Of a stretch of DNA of 64,000 nucleotides, positions 14,201 to 27,800 are shown one piece after another. Position numbers and translations under genes: made by a program. Origin of the DNA: Lingula anatina (taxonomy: Eukaryota > Animalia > Brachiopoda); assembly GCA_051362555.1 (NCBI GenBank), contig CM120642.1, positions 1,922,001 to 1,986,000 on the forward strand. The letters are read 5' to 3'. The notes under the pieces were generated by a model, which had not been told where the DNA came from, made no database searches, and was given only the letters and a program-made list of their open reading frames with translations. Position 1 is the stretch's first letter; each line of letters opens with the position of its first letter.

Positions 14201-15766
14201 TTTTCATCAGATTCAGGTAATGTGGTGAAAAGATTATTTTCCCTTTTCCATTGACAACACTGTTTACTGGATATATATATATATTTTATTTATCATTATT
14301 TTCTCATACCCCCAGGAAGCATAAAGGAGTTATTCAGAGGCTATACCAGGGTATCCAGTGTTCTTCATGCGCTGTGCGTTTTGCTGTGGAGAATACAGAG
14401 AAGTACCGCGAGCACTTGGACTGGCATTTCCGCCAGAATAAAAAGGAGAAAGATGACGCTAAGGTGGCCAAACACAGGAAGTGGTATTATGAGATGCATG
14501 TGAGTATTCCAGCTATATAGTGTTATTTTACTTTTGTAATGAAGTAAGGTTTGAAAGAAGCTACATCAATGATTGTTAATAGATATTTTACTGGATTGCA
14601 TTTTATGTACATCGTAGCATCAGTTTTGCTGAGAAAGTTGATAAATATTTTCCTTTGATTTTTCATTCCGTCAGTAACATATTGGTTCATACTTGTACTT
14701 GCAGGACTGGATTCAGTATGAAGAAATAGTGGATGATGAAGAGACAGGTGAGTGGAAAAGAAACCAATGGCATATCCACCATGAGTTGCAATTTTGAATT
14801 TGGGTGGACATAATCTTTTTGCTGAAATTCAGTTAAGGCATGTTATTGTTAATCTAAACTGAAATCCTTTCCAGCTCTGTTAGTAGAAGATTACTTGAAA
14901 GCTTATGATAATATGTTGTTCAAATTTGTACTGAACATCTTGCCTTGCCAAACCTTTTATGCAAAATTATCACTTAGATATATCTACAGAATTGGCCTTC
15001 ATCTATAAATACCGCACAGATTTTCTACAGAACTAAACTTAACATCATATTATTTTGCCACAAATTTATTTATCATCCATTTATAAAACAGGTGCCCTGA
15101 GTTTCTTTGACCAGGGTGGAGGTGGAGGTGTGGAGAGTGTTGGTACCAACCCAGCTGTGGTAGGAGCAGAACCCATCAGCTGTCCTGCAGCGACAGGCAA
15201 TGAGTCTGATGATGTAAGAAGCATTTCTTGTCTGACCAAAAATGATAGAATCTCTCGTAATTTGAAGCAAATTGACTGGAAATTGGTAACATTGATATTG
15301 GTATTTTGCTGTAAAGACTCATAATAGATAATATTTTAAGGCAGATTGATTGGAAATTGGTAACAATTGTGTTGCATTTTTAAATTTTTGAGGAAGTAAA
15401 TTGAAAATAGCTATCCATTTCAGTGGAACTTGTAAGGACAAGCTACATCTTTTGAATACTGTGTTTGTCAGTAGCATGCCTTCAAAAGTTTTAGGCTTTT
15501 AAGATAAATTTCAATTTTTTAAATTAATTTCTCTGCATTCAGATCTGTGATGTGTGCCATGACCCATTTGAGCAGTTTTGGGATGAGGAAGCAGAGGAGT
15601 GGCACCTCAAGGATGCTATTAGGATCAATGGAAAGGTACACTGCACTTCAAAACTAATGGATTACTTCACTGTATTTTGTATTTTGATTTTGTGTTCAAA
15701 CAAAGATTCTGGGATAACAAATGTTTGTTGTGGGTATACTTCAAAAAAGTAATTATTTTGATTATT

Positions 15767-15802
<36 letters not shown>

Positions 15803-16873
15803 TAATAAGAGACATAAACAAATTTTCCTGTTGTCTTCTTGCACTAAAAAAAGTTATTATAACTGTATAGAATATTATATTCATGTACAAGTCTGACTTG
15901 TAAAATCTTAAAACAAGGCATCATATTGAAATAGTGCTGTAGTTGTTAATTTACAGCACTTGTATGTTTAAGTTTGTATATTTTGTATTTGTTATTTTTT
16001 GCAGACTTACCACCCAGTTTGTTATGAAGACCCAAAAGAGGTAAGACTTTCAGTCATTATTTACTCTAGAGAAAAAAAAGCAGCAGGATATTTATTTTAT
16101 GTAATAAAGCATTCTGGTTAAAAAATGAAATTAAGATTATTGGTTTGGTATATGATGGCAGTGTAGATAAGGCCATATTCTTCTTAAACTCGAACACTAA
16201 AAATTGTTGGTATATTATTAAGCTGTATGTCTATAACCCATACACGACAATTTATAACACAGTAAGTTTAAGCATTTCTTCCTTGTTCCCCCAGGGTGGG
16301 TTTGCTGGTGGCTCCACACCAACCAGTCCACTGTCCATGTCTTCATCTGGCAGCTACTTCACACTGGCCAATCCAGCTGGACAACAGGGGGCAGAGTCTC
16401 TGGCCCCCGCTGGACATGGTGAGGATGACAAGACAGGGGTCAGCAAGGGTGTGGTCAAGGAGGAGTCAGTGAGTGCACAGGGCAGTGACCAGGGTGGAGA
16501 GGCTGGTGGTGCAGGGACTGAGGTGAAAACAGAGCTTACAGGTGTCAGCAGTGATAGTGTTAAACCAACTGAAGATGGCAGCACTGTAGTGACAGTGAAA
16601 GAAGAGCCAATGGACACAGCTGATGGGACAGCTGAGGGAAGTGGTAAGCAGGAGGAGACCAGTAGTTCTACAGCAGTGGCAGCTGAGGTCAGCAAGGAAG
16701 AGACAAAGACTGACACCCCGGGTGCACAGGTGAAGGATGAGAAGGTAGAGACTAAGGAAGAACAGTCTGTGGCCCCAGCCAGTAATTCCCAGGAGTCACA
16801 GGGTGACAAGACTGAGGACTCTGTTGGTATCAAGGCAGAGCCAGAAATCACAGTAAAAGCTGAAGGACCCTAG
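1955..16873 (+). CDS. PCF11: Pre-mRNA cleavage complex 2 protein Pcf11 (14 coding exons, 1944 aa)
   Basis: Exons 1955-2107, 6731-6856, 7759-7944, 8653-8898, 9291-10330, 10612-13418, 13703-13839, 14037-14119, 14316-14499, 14705-14747, 15092-15213, 15543-15635, 16005-16040, 16295-16873. All introns are GT-AG with compatible phases; total 5835 nt. Motifs: CID domain (NSKPLINMLTMLAE, YLMDSIIKN, DPAWPI, IHINPKF), Q-rich coil, RDPR motifs, DVNDLFSKLL, zinc fingers CSSC..HLDWHF and CDVC..WHL..YHPVC, and the RKWYY..DWI segment. Confidence 0.96.
2617..2790 (+). promoter_or_regulatory. Candidate intronic polyadenylation site in PCF11 intron 1
   Basis: TGTA at 2617 and 2622; AATAAA at 2696, 2724 and 2733; downstream TGTTGTTTG plus a T-run at ~2748-2767. 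Confidence 0.6.
3419..3633. mobile_element. Harbinger/Tourist-like MITE
   Basis: Imperfect TIRs (GCATTC.CA.AGATTTAGATCGAT / ATCGATATAAAATCTGTGGGAATG) flanked by TAA on both sides. A related shorter copy is at 5151-5274. Confidence 0.7.
5151..5274. mobile_element. Second, shorter copy of the same MITE family
   Basis: GCATTCCCACAGATT...AATCTGTGGGAATGC inverted ends; internal sequence similar to 3419-3633. Confidence 0.7.
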
Positions 16874-19610
16874 GCTTCACTGTCTGTACCTTTATTACCA
16901 TTTATCCATATTTTCAACTCATTTTATTAAGTTCCCCTTTCTTTACAATTACAGTAACTTTATGAACCAGTGGGTTATTTTGTTTTAGCTACTCGTACTG
17001 TGTCTCTGGTATTTTCTTTTGTATGGTCTGTTGTATTCTAAATCTATCCCTAGGTCTCAGTTTGATGTTTACTTCTGCAGCCTTTTTGTACTGTGTTGCT
17101 CAAAGCTAAAACAGAAGATAGCAAGTTGCAAGATATAGGTCAAATTGGAATGCACGGTGATGTTCATTTTGGCCTATGACATGAGTAATAGAATGTTATT
17201 ACATTCATTTCCCAAGACTCTTAGTATTTCATTAAAGCAGTTGCAGTAAGATAATATGACAACACTCTAGTATATATGTTACTGTAAGTTGTTATATTAA
17301 ATATGACTAATTTAAACAAGATCTAATTGAGAAAGGTATCTAACAGATGACTAGTATCAAGAAGTACTTTTTAAGTTAATATAATTTATTTATTGGTTAA
17401 AACCACAAACAGGATCATAAGTATTCAGAGAAGTTTTTCCCTGTAAAACTCTATGCATTATTATGATTATTATTTAAGTTTTATTATTAAGTTTTGTACA
17501 AATAAGGACTTTATTTGAGCAATTCTGACTGATACAGGTTTGGTAGTTTTCTATGGAGAGATAGTCTTCGCTATATGTTACACAAACGTGCTCAGCCACA
17601 GACAAAAGATGAAAAGAATTTAGTTTTTTCTTTTTTACTTTTTTCTTTAAAGTTTTTTTTTTTTTTTTTTGCGAGAAATTGTAGTTAGCATAAACTTACT
17701 ATTTTAGTTTGACTCTCTTAAATTTTATTTAGAACTTTATTTGTAAATTTATGTGACATGCCGTGAAGAATCATTTGTTTCAAGTAATTTCATTGATTAT
17801 TCATAAAAAAAAGATACGAGTCAGGATGTTGACAGTGAGTTTAATATCTTTTAACCTTTCAACTTTATTTCTTTTTGCAGAGAACATTTGTATCAAATAT
17901 TGCATATACTGTACATATATTTCATATAATGATGAAAAACGTTTCTCTCTGTGTTATATATTGTAAATACAAATTGGAAAACTATTTTGTTGTTCTGTTT
18001 TTGTCTTAGTGTGAATGACCCTACAGAAAAAATTGTCGACAGTTTTGATTAAAAAAAAAACTTAAACGAGACTGTTATAATGATATGTCATGAGAAAACG
18101 TATTATGCAAATACGTGGGAGAAATGCGGAGAAAACGTTCAGAATGTTCTTCCGCTCAGGATCCGTGCATGTTTTAGGCACTTACTGCTGTTGGGCGTAC
18201 AAAAGGCATGGGCCGTACCTCCACTAATCGGATCTGCTGAACAAGAAGCCTATGATTTGTGTATGAAAAATCTATTTGTGTCGGCTCCCGGTGACAGGAA
18301 CGACGTGTTTCATTCCAACAGCTGAATATTCAGTTTCCTTTAAGATATTATAATAAATGTTCGTTATGACTTGATGACCATTGCAACGAACCGTTTCTGC
18401 ACTTGGATTCCCACGGACTGTACTTTGTTCTTAACAAATTTAAGCCGCCCATGTATCAGAAGGAAATATGACATCTAGTTGATAGGTTCTATAGTTTCAT
18501 AATAAAGGTGGGAATCATCAGTAGCTGTGCAGGATATTTAGGAAAAAATATGAGATCTGGACATTTTCAATCGCTGATACGTATAGTGTACCTCAAATGT
18601 CAATGATGATCTATGAAACACGAAATTAATGGTAAGCAGTGTGTTATTATGGCTCATGTACCTAAATCCCGATATCAGTTTATTAACCGTTGGTAAAGAG
18701 TAGAAGGTTTTGAAAAATAATATTCCCATTAACCTGTCCCGACCAAAGCCGTAGATTTAGATATGTATTAGCAACAACGCTTTAATATATGTAGTTTAAC
18801 AACCAAAATGTATCTTTATTTCTTGATATATATAATCGCTTTGCGATTACAGAAGCAGTACAACTTGCGGCAATTGTGTGGAATCTAACTGCTATTTGAC
18901 CTCTTTTTACAAAGAAGTGAAATAAAATTGTAAACAAGTAATCAAATCAAATAAGCATGTTGGAATAATAAGCAATTATAAAAAAGAACAGTATCAAAAA
19001 GGATGTTTTGTACTAAAATATACATTTGCAACCAAGATTGTCTATTTTAAGTAATACTTTATTATAAATTAATGAAAAAAAAGCCTGAAAACCTCTGAAA
19101 ATACAATAAATATGTTTAAAAGAATACGAAGAGACAATTATGATAATATACGATAAGCCAAGGCGGTTATTCCTGGACAAAATCGATCATGAAATCATTG
19201 TCAAAACTAATCGTGTAATTCAATATTGTCAGAGAAGCTTAAATCTCAACAGTCTCGATTTCAATGTAAACACTTAACTGTCTGGAAATACTTTAGACTA
19301 ACGTAGACCAATCTTATCAAATCATATTTTATTCACGACGAATTTAAAAGGCATCGTGATAATACTGCTGGTCAGTTTGCTCTTTTGCTCTACGGAGCAC
19401 GGTGACGATTTTGACCCAGCCGTTGCATTTCATTCTTTGTAAAGTTTTTCTCATCTCATTTTTTTACCTATTCTCTCCTCAAATAGCCGGCAATCCCTTA
19501 GAAGTTAATCTTACTAATGCCCCTGCTCAATATTCACATGCTAATCGTATAATTGTAGCGTACTTTTTAACTTGGAATTTAATACAGTGCTGGTCAGTGG
19601 TTACTATGAA

Positions 19611-21571
19611 CAAGGAGTTATAACAGAAGGAGATTACACGCAAGCCTTTCTATTGTCCGATGTCTGTTACGGTGGGCGGAGCTAGCTACGGGGGGCCTCC
19701 GGTCTCAAGGTTTCGTCTGCGTCGCTCTCCTCAGCTTGGAGATTAATTTCATATGCGTTATTTTGAGTTAGAATTCGAGATTAGTAGTGTCAAAGCGGCG
19801 CTGTATGCTGACGATTTTTTCACGGGTAATTATTTGGACGATGTGCTGGAAGGGAATGATATCATAGAGAGGATACTAAGGTCGGACTGAGGATAGTCGC
19901 CATTAGTTTTTTGAGTCGGTAGTGTTTAGGTATGCATGTCAAATTCATTATCAATTTTGAGTGAATTTCTGTTTCAACACTGCAAGATGAAATATTTACT
20001 TTCAAGTAATCAATAAACCTTACTAGAGTTCTATTCTTTTGTAACCACCAAGGCAAAGCTTCTTTCATAAAATGAACTGAAACATCCAAGCTTGCCACCT
20101 AACATGCCAAAGTAGTAAGGTATAATTACAGTAGAGAAGCAAGTGCCCCTAAATTATAGAGGTGTTGTACACAATGAGGTGTGTCTTACACACCTTGACT
20201 CAAAGGGAGATGTGTAGTGAGATAACAGGTTAAGTAATTGGTGGAGCCTGTGTGAACTTAAAACCTTAAAAAGGAAGCACCATGATTCGTGTGTTCTCTT
20301 TTCAATGGTTTAATAGGAATTAAAACATACATATGCAAAAAGAAGACTAAATAAGTTTAAAATAACTACACCAAAGACACTGTAAAGTCTAACTTCCTGT
20401 TAGACCGCCATGATGGAAAATGCTGGTCAGAGGCAAAACTTTTCCAGTCAAAATAACTGAGCACCTTACTTTAACTACACAGTTACCACTCCAAAGCCAC
20501 CCACCATGGTGAGAAGAAAAAGGATGACCAACTGTCATGATAAGTTTTTTTAGTTTTAAACACGAAAAAGGTAAAGACCAAAATGGTACATTTACCCATA
20601 ACACTAGAGTAAAAAATTGGTATTCTGAACAAATCAGGTTATTTTTTTCAAGAAATATTGGAGCAGTATCCATGCAATATATACCACGCCACGACCAAGA
20701 TGTTCAAGAATCTAAACACACCAATTTTTTTTATAATCACGCATTTGAAAAGTACAAAAAACGGTAAGGCTTTTGGCCGTAACAAGCGTAACACTTTTTG
20801 ATCGGAACTCATGAAAATTGTCAATTATCGTATCCAAGCTAGACCACATGTTAAATCGCAAAAAAAAACATTACTGCTCAAGCAAGTGTGTTGCACACAT
20901 AACAATTAGTTAAATTTTATGACTGTCATGTGACGCAAGTTTCAAAAAGTAGGAGGAAAATGTCTTTTGGAGTAATTTTTTTTCGAAATATTAACAAGAT
21001 GGCGGCTTAAGCATCTGCTTGTTATTCGGCTACTGAAAGTGCACCCAAGTTTTATTCTTTGCTATTGCCACAAATTACTTAACAATTGCAACTGTATAAA
21101 GACCAAACTTTCTTCATCTGATACTATATTTATAGGCACTTGTTATGAGTGGGAAATATTTTTCGTGCAATATTTATTCTCCACACACCACCTCGCGAGA
21201 TCAACGTGTAGCTGGACACTTACACAGTGAGACCCTACGACATAAAAGTTGCAATTTATCTTCATATTTCGTGTAGTTATGCATTTAAAAGCACTTACCT
21301 GTTTTTTGAAAACCTTGTCCAACGTAATATCATATAAATTCTGTATTTCTCTCATTTTTTAGAAACTTGGGACTCCGTTTCTGTTTCTGTCCTCAAAAAT
21401 CAACAGACGAAGGCACAGATACTAACAAACGAGATTTAAACGAGAGTAACAATTAAGCGTAACAGAGATAGGCATCCATTGTTCTCTGGGTTCTATTCAT
21501 TCCGACCAATGAGAGACCGTAATACGGGCTCCGCCCCCACGCGTGTAATCTCCTTCTGTTATAACTCCTTG
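19611..21571. mobile_element. Non-autonomous P-superfamily-like DNA transposon, internally deleted copy (1961 bp)
   Basis: Perfect 31-bp TIR CAAGGAGTTATAACAGAAGGAGATTACACGC and a 7-bp TSD CTATGAA. CANRG termini with a 7-8 bp TSD are typical of the P superfamily. No transposase ORF is visible. Confidence 0.85.
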
Positions 21572-21780
21572 CTATGAACAAGAAAAAAATTAAGAGAGGC
21601 CAGGCATATTCCTTAAGTATTTTGTCGGGTCAGATAATACTGGGCCCGGTTTCATCAAGGCTGGATAGGCTATCCTGTGGATAACACTATCCATGGTATA
21701 AATCTCTTATTCTCTGGATAGTTATCCTCTGTGTAAATTTGTGTTTCATAAAAGCTGGATAAAGAGCATGATAGTAATAC

Positions 21781-24700
21781 CAAGGAGTTATAACAGAAGG
21801 AGATTACACGCAAGCCTCTCTATTGTCCGATGTCTGTTACGGTGGGCGGAGCTAGCTACGGGGGACCTCCTGTCTCAAGGTTTCGTCTGGGTCGCTCTCC
21901 TCCGCTTGAAGATTGATTTTATATGCGTTATTTCGCGTTAGAATTCGAGATCAGTAGTGTCAAAGCGGCGCTGTATGCTGACGATTTTTTTCACAGGTAG
22001 TTATTTGGACGATGTGCTGGGAGGGAACGATATCATAGAAGGCGATTATAAGGTGGTGACTGAGGATGGACGCCATGAGGTTTTTTGAGTCGGTGATAGA
22101 TGGCTTTTCTTTTGCACAACACAGTGAAAAATCACCAAGGATAAGAGTTAATAAGTCAAAAGAAAACGTCTCAGCTGTGGTTTTTGAAAATGACATTCAA
22201 GTGAACGTCTGTCCTCACTGCCAAAGAACATAATATTAATACATAAACGTTTGGACCCTCCTGCCCTTGGGTCCTGGTTTTAAACTTCTTTAAGTATTTT
22301 TTCTCTCACTCAGTATAATTTTAATATCATAATGCATTAAAGTGAAATTTTAATCAAAGGTTGAGGCAATGCCACGACATGTCAGTTTACTAAATACTCG
22401 TTATAAATTTCTTTATCTTGGAAATTACCTTTTTTCAGGATTATTTTCACAAATACTAACACTTCATATTTGTCGGTAAAGTAGTACACAGTGCTAAACA
22501 TTACAGATAATTTTTATTCATTCATAAATATATTTATGTACAAAATATATCAGAAATTTTAGTATTAACTGAACTCTTTAAAGTGAAACAAATAAAGAAG
22601 AGAATTTTGAATTTCAAATTATTATTTACTATATTAACTTAAAATATCTTTTAAGTCAACTCTATACTCAAGCATCATGATAGTAGCATCTGTGAGTAAA
22701 ACCATTTTATTATATCAATAGAAGAACAAAAACAAAATTTTACACAAGCAGTAATTAATGAAGTCATAGGAATGATTAAGTTGCTATAGTTTTCTAGTTT
22801 TATGCAGTCTATGTTGGCATTTTTTTCAACCGTGCGAATAGAAATAATTATATTCTTTTTATCTGACTTGCTGATACCAGTCTGTGCCAGATACTATTCC
22901 ACTCACAGGCCAGCAAGGTCTGAGAATCTAATGAGCTGAATGAAAAAATCCCTAGAAGATAAAGTGGCTAATTCTTACAAATAGGATAAAAAACATGGGA
23001 TTTTCAAAAGGTTATTATAAATCAAGACAACACTTAGTAAGAACATTTATAAAATGAACTGGAGTACATGTTACAGCTGAAAAAATTAACTGGGCCAGTA
23101 AGTGACTGCTTTAAAGAAATTTCACTGAAACAGTCCAAATTTTACTGGCAATCAAGTAGACTGTTATACCATGGCACTCAACAAATTATATATAGGTTTT
23201 GAATTTTTTTCCACGTGACAGTAACATAAAATTAATGTCAACTTTTGAAATGTATAGAGTCAGTTAGGTGACTGAAAATATTTTAAAATGTCATGAAGGA
23301 GTACTATTAATCTAATGCAATCTCTGTTGGCCAGTCTTATCCAGTTTCTTCTCCAAAAATGACAACTAGAGTGAGAATTTCTTCAGGGTCTTTTCTTCTG
23401 CCTGCCAATGCCATGCCACTCAGAAGAGAGAAACCTGTAGGTTAGAAAAAAAAAAAAAAAACATAATAATAGCATTATGAACTACTAGTATCCATGTAGA
23501 CATTACAGAATTACGCAGTGAAGTTTAATGTGTCTTGTTATGACTTGACTGAAATAATGTTCACCACATAAATGAACAATTTACAACTAAATTTATGTAG
23601 AATATCAAGATTCATGATCACAAGCTAATAACCCCAAGAAATTGAAAGAAATTGTACTTATTACAAGAAATTATTTAAATCCGCCCTGGTTCCTACTCTT
23701 CTGACAGGACAAAAAGGGGATTTCAGAGAGGCTGGTTGCTAAAAGGAAAATGCCCAAGGTTGTTGTATTTTGAAAAAAAATTAAGAAGGGTACTGTTGTT
23801 AGTGAATGTTTAATGCATCATAGGCATTATGACAAAAGTAACTTACCCCAGACACGCTGACCTCTTTTTTCATTGACATTTTTTAATTTTTTCCAGTCTG
23901 ACCATAATTCATATATTCAATGCAACCATCTCCCATATCTATAATAGAAGAAAAAAAAACTTGAGTAGTGTTAAGATAAGCATGTAAAATTCATTATCAA
24001 TTTTGAGAGAATTTCTGTTTCAACACTGCAAGATGAAATATTTACTTTCAAGTAATGAATAAACCTTAATAGAGTTCTATTCTTTTGTAACCACCAAGGC
24101 AAAGCTTCTTTCTTAAAATGAACTGAAACATCCAAGCTTGCCACCTAACATGCCAAAGTAGTGAAGTATAATTAAAGTAGAGAAGCAAGTACCCCTTAAT
24201 AATAGAGGTGCCTTACACAATAAGGTGTGTCTTACACACCTTGACTCAAAGGGAGATGTGTAGTGAGATAACAGGTAAAGTAATTGGTGGAGCCTAGGTG
24301 AACTTAAAACCTTAAGACTTTAAATTAAGAAGCACCAGGATTCATGGGTGTTCTTTTTTCAAAGGTTTAATATGAATTAAAACATATATATGTAAAAAGA
24401 AGACTAAATAAGTTTAAAATAACTATACCAAAGACACTGTGAAGTCAAACTTCCCGTTAGACCGCCATGATGGAAAATGCTAAGTGGAGGCAAAACTTTT
24501 CCAGTCAAAATAACTGAGCACCTTACTTTAACAACAAAGTTACCACTCCAATGCCACCCACCATGGTGAGAAGAAAATTGATGACCAACTGTCATGATAA
24601 GTCTTTTTAGATTTAAACATGAAAAAGGTAAAGGCCAAAATGGTACATTTACCCATAACACTAGAGTAAAAAATTGGTATTCTGAACAAATCAGGTTATT

Positions 24701-25630
24701 TTTTTCAAGAAATATTGGAGCAGTATCCATGCAATATATACCACGCCACGAACAAGATGTTCAAGAATCTAAACACACCAAATTTTTTTATAATCTTGCA
24801 TTTGAAAAGTACAAAAAGCGGTAAGGCTTTTGGCCGTAACAAGCGTAACACTTTTTGATCGGAACTCATGAAAATTGTCAATTGTCGTATCCAAGCTAGA
24901 CCACATGTAAAATCGCAAAAAAAAAAACAATACTGCTCAAGCAAGTGTGTTGCAAACATAACAATTAGTTAAATTTTATGACTGTCATGTGACACAAGTT
25001 TCAAAAAGTAGGAGGAAAATGTCTTTTGGAGTAATTTTTTTTTGAAATATTAACAAGATGGCGGCTTAAGCATCTGCTTGTTATTCGGCTACTGAAAGTG
25101 CACCTAAGTTTTATTCTTTGCTATTGCCACAAATTACTTAACAATTGCAACTGTATAAAGACCAAACTTTCTTCATCTGATACTATATTTATAGGCACTT
25201 GTTATGAGTGGGAAATATTTTTTGTGCAATATTTATTCTCCACACACCACCTCGCGAGATCAACGTGTAGCTGGACACTTACACAGTGAGACCCTACGAC
25301 ATAAAAGTTGCAATTTATCTTCATATTTCGTGTAGTTATGCATTTAAAAGCACTTACCTGTTTTTTGAAAACCTTGTCCAACGTTATATCATATAAATTC
25401 TGTATTTCTCTCATTTTTTAGAAACTTGGGACTCCGTTTCTGTTTCTGTCCTCAAAAATCAACAGACGAAGGCACAGATACTAACAAACGAGATTTAAAC
25501 GAGAGTAGCAATTAAGCGTAACAGAGATAGGCATCCATTGTTCTCTGGGTTCTATTCATTCCGACCAATGAGAGACCGTAATACGGGCTCCGCCCCCACG
25601 CGTGTAATCTCCTTCTGTTATAACTCCTTG
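21781..25630. mobile_element. Non-autonomous P-superfamily-like DNA transposon, longer copy (3850 bp) nested in the Harbinger element
   Basis: Same 31-bp TIR as 19611-21571 and a 7-bp TSD GTAATAC. Shares its left ~310 bp and right ~1.65 kb with copy 1. Confidence 0.87.
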
Positions 25631-27721
25631 GTAATACAATGGATAAAAATTTATCCAATACCATATTTGGAAAAAGACATTCCCATAATGCAGTTGGTTG
25701 CTATAAACATTATAAAAGCCATGATAGTTGCTAACAAAAAGTGGTCTATACCATATTTGGAAAATAAATAACCCATAATAAACAATATTCTAAGTATATT
25801 TCAAGATGGTACATTCATTAAAACTAAGATCTAATAAACAGAAAGATTGGACAGCGGCATTTTCCCTTTGACCAGACGTTCGTACGGGTAAACATTGCTC
25901 TATTGTTCCCCTTAAGTTGTTTTGATAGCCGGGCTTAATTTTAATCCCCATTGTACCTAACCCGTGTTTAGCGAATAGCGTGATTTCTCGTGCATTCTCG
26001 CGGACGCCACATCGTCGTCAAGTAGATCCGCCATATTGGATAAGCAATGGCACACGTGGAGTTTTTTATTAAAAAGTTCTAAAGATGTACAGTTTGTTTA
26101 CATTTCGTAGTTGTCTTAATACTTTATATTCAGAGGAGGCAATACCCAATAGCGCACTACCTGTAACAACAGCTGCCATTTTATAGAAATTGACTCAACG
26201 TGGAGATATAGCCGGAAACGTGACGAGATCATCAACGTAACAGATAGTGATATTCGATGCCGTTTTGGACAATAAGGTCATGCTAATCACTGGGAGAAAC
26301 TGAATGGTGAAGCTACACCAAAACAGAAACTTGATCTATTATGCATGTTTGTAAAACATTGTCACTATTAGCGGTCATTCTTTTAAAGCATAATCAATTA
26401 AAATTCACCAGAATATTCGTAGCAAATCAGTGAAACAAAAAGGACTGAAAAAAAAAATCCTTTAAGAAAAAGTAGTTTTTAATTTCACTTTCACAAACAC
26501 TAATTTGGGTACCTACTTCATAATGATAGTGAAAGGTAAGACATATCTTTATACTGACAATCAAATAAAAGTAAACTCGTTTTTTCATATTTATAAAGAA
26601 CACATGCAATATAGTTTCCTTGCGACTGCATAATCATGCACATATATTTAAACTCTGCAAAATCTGTTTTGAAACATATGTCTTTTGAACATCTTCCACA
26701 GAATGTATTGGAAGAATAATATGTGTAACAATTTTGTTTGCCATCTCACTAAAAATGACTAAATAAAAGATGATTGCTAAAAATTATCAATATTTCATCA
26801 GATTTAGCATTTAAAACTGATCATTCATTTCTGGCTGATATAGTAACATAATACAAGTCATATTCTGTTCATAAGCATTTTATTATAGATTTAATAAGGC
26901 ACAGATATTGAAATGCAAATAAAAATGTTAACAACTTTAGATACCACTGACTGTTACACAATCACAACAGATAGGTAATTTATTTAGGAGTACTAGTTTC
27001 ACATGACAAAGAATTATAGCATTTTCCCCCTATTTTGACTTGTTTCAACATTAATATCTCATTCAATAAAAATTATGCACGTGATGATAATATTTATCTA
27101 TTGTTAAGAGCACTACTGACTAATTCCAACCTAGACTTGACAGTAAACTAAACTTCAGAGTTTACAGAAGGGAGACAATTTATAGTGATATATTTGTTTT
27201 TCATGAAGAACAACATATGGCTAGTTTCAAGGTGGTCCATTTGCTGAAATATCAATGTGCCTGTCAGGTTCTTGAGTAGCACCGAGTTAACTTGACAGAG
27301 GTATGTCGTCATCAGAATCACTTCCATTGCAACATATATCTGAAAAAATATTATCACACAGTTAAAAAGATGCTGACGTGTTAATTGCTCATGTTATGTT
27401 AAAGTCCACTGTATGGACAACACTGACCTAGCTTTTCGTGCACTTGTAAAACTATCGAGCAAAAATTAAATATTTAATTTCGGGCAGCTTACCATTTTGC
27501 TTATTTAATACATCTGTGTGTCTTTTTGATTGTTTACAATCACTTTGCAAACTTGACAGTGGTGCATCTAAATCATCTGCAACACTTGCATTATGACATT
27601 CACCCGAAATAATAAAATAATATTTTACTGTTAAAAAGGTTCTGACATGTGCTACTCTCTTATTATTTGTCATTTGTATAATTCCACTCAATCCACTGTG
27701 GTGATTGCACCTGCCTTTTTG

Positions 27722-27800
27722 TATCCGATACTGGTAATAATGTTGTTGGTACAGTGGAAATCCGATACTTGTAATAATGTTGTCGGTACAGTGGAAATAT
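27722..27800. repeat. Short tandem duplication (~37-bp unit, two copies)
   Basis: ATCCGATACT.GTAATAATGTTGT.GGTACAGTGGAA repeated head to tail. Confidence 0.8.

Noticed and set aside
20389-25289. Duplicated short ORFs (20389/24404, 20537/24594, 21039/25098)
   Set aside because: They recur only because they lie in two copies of the same transposon; no transposase or other motifs.
26130-26300. Possible second Harbinger transposase fragment (NSALPV..GDIAG) on plus
   Set aside because: Only a few residues of resemblance, with stops and frameshifts; cannot be supported by eye.
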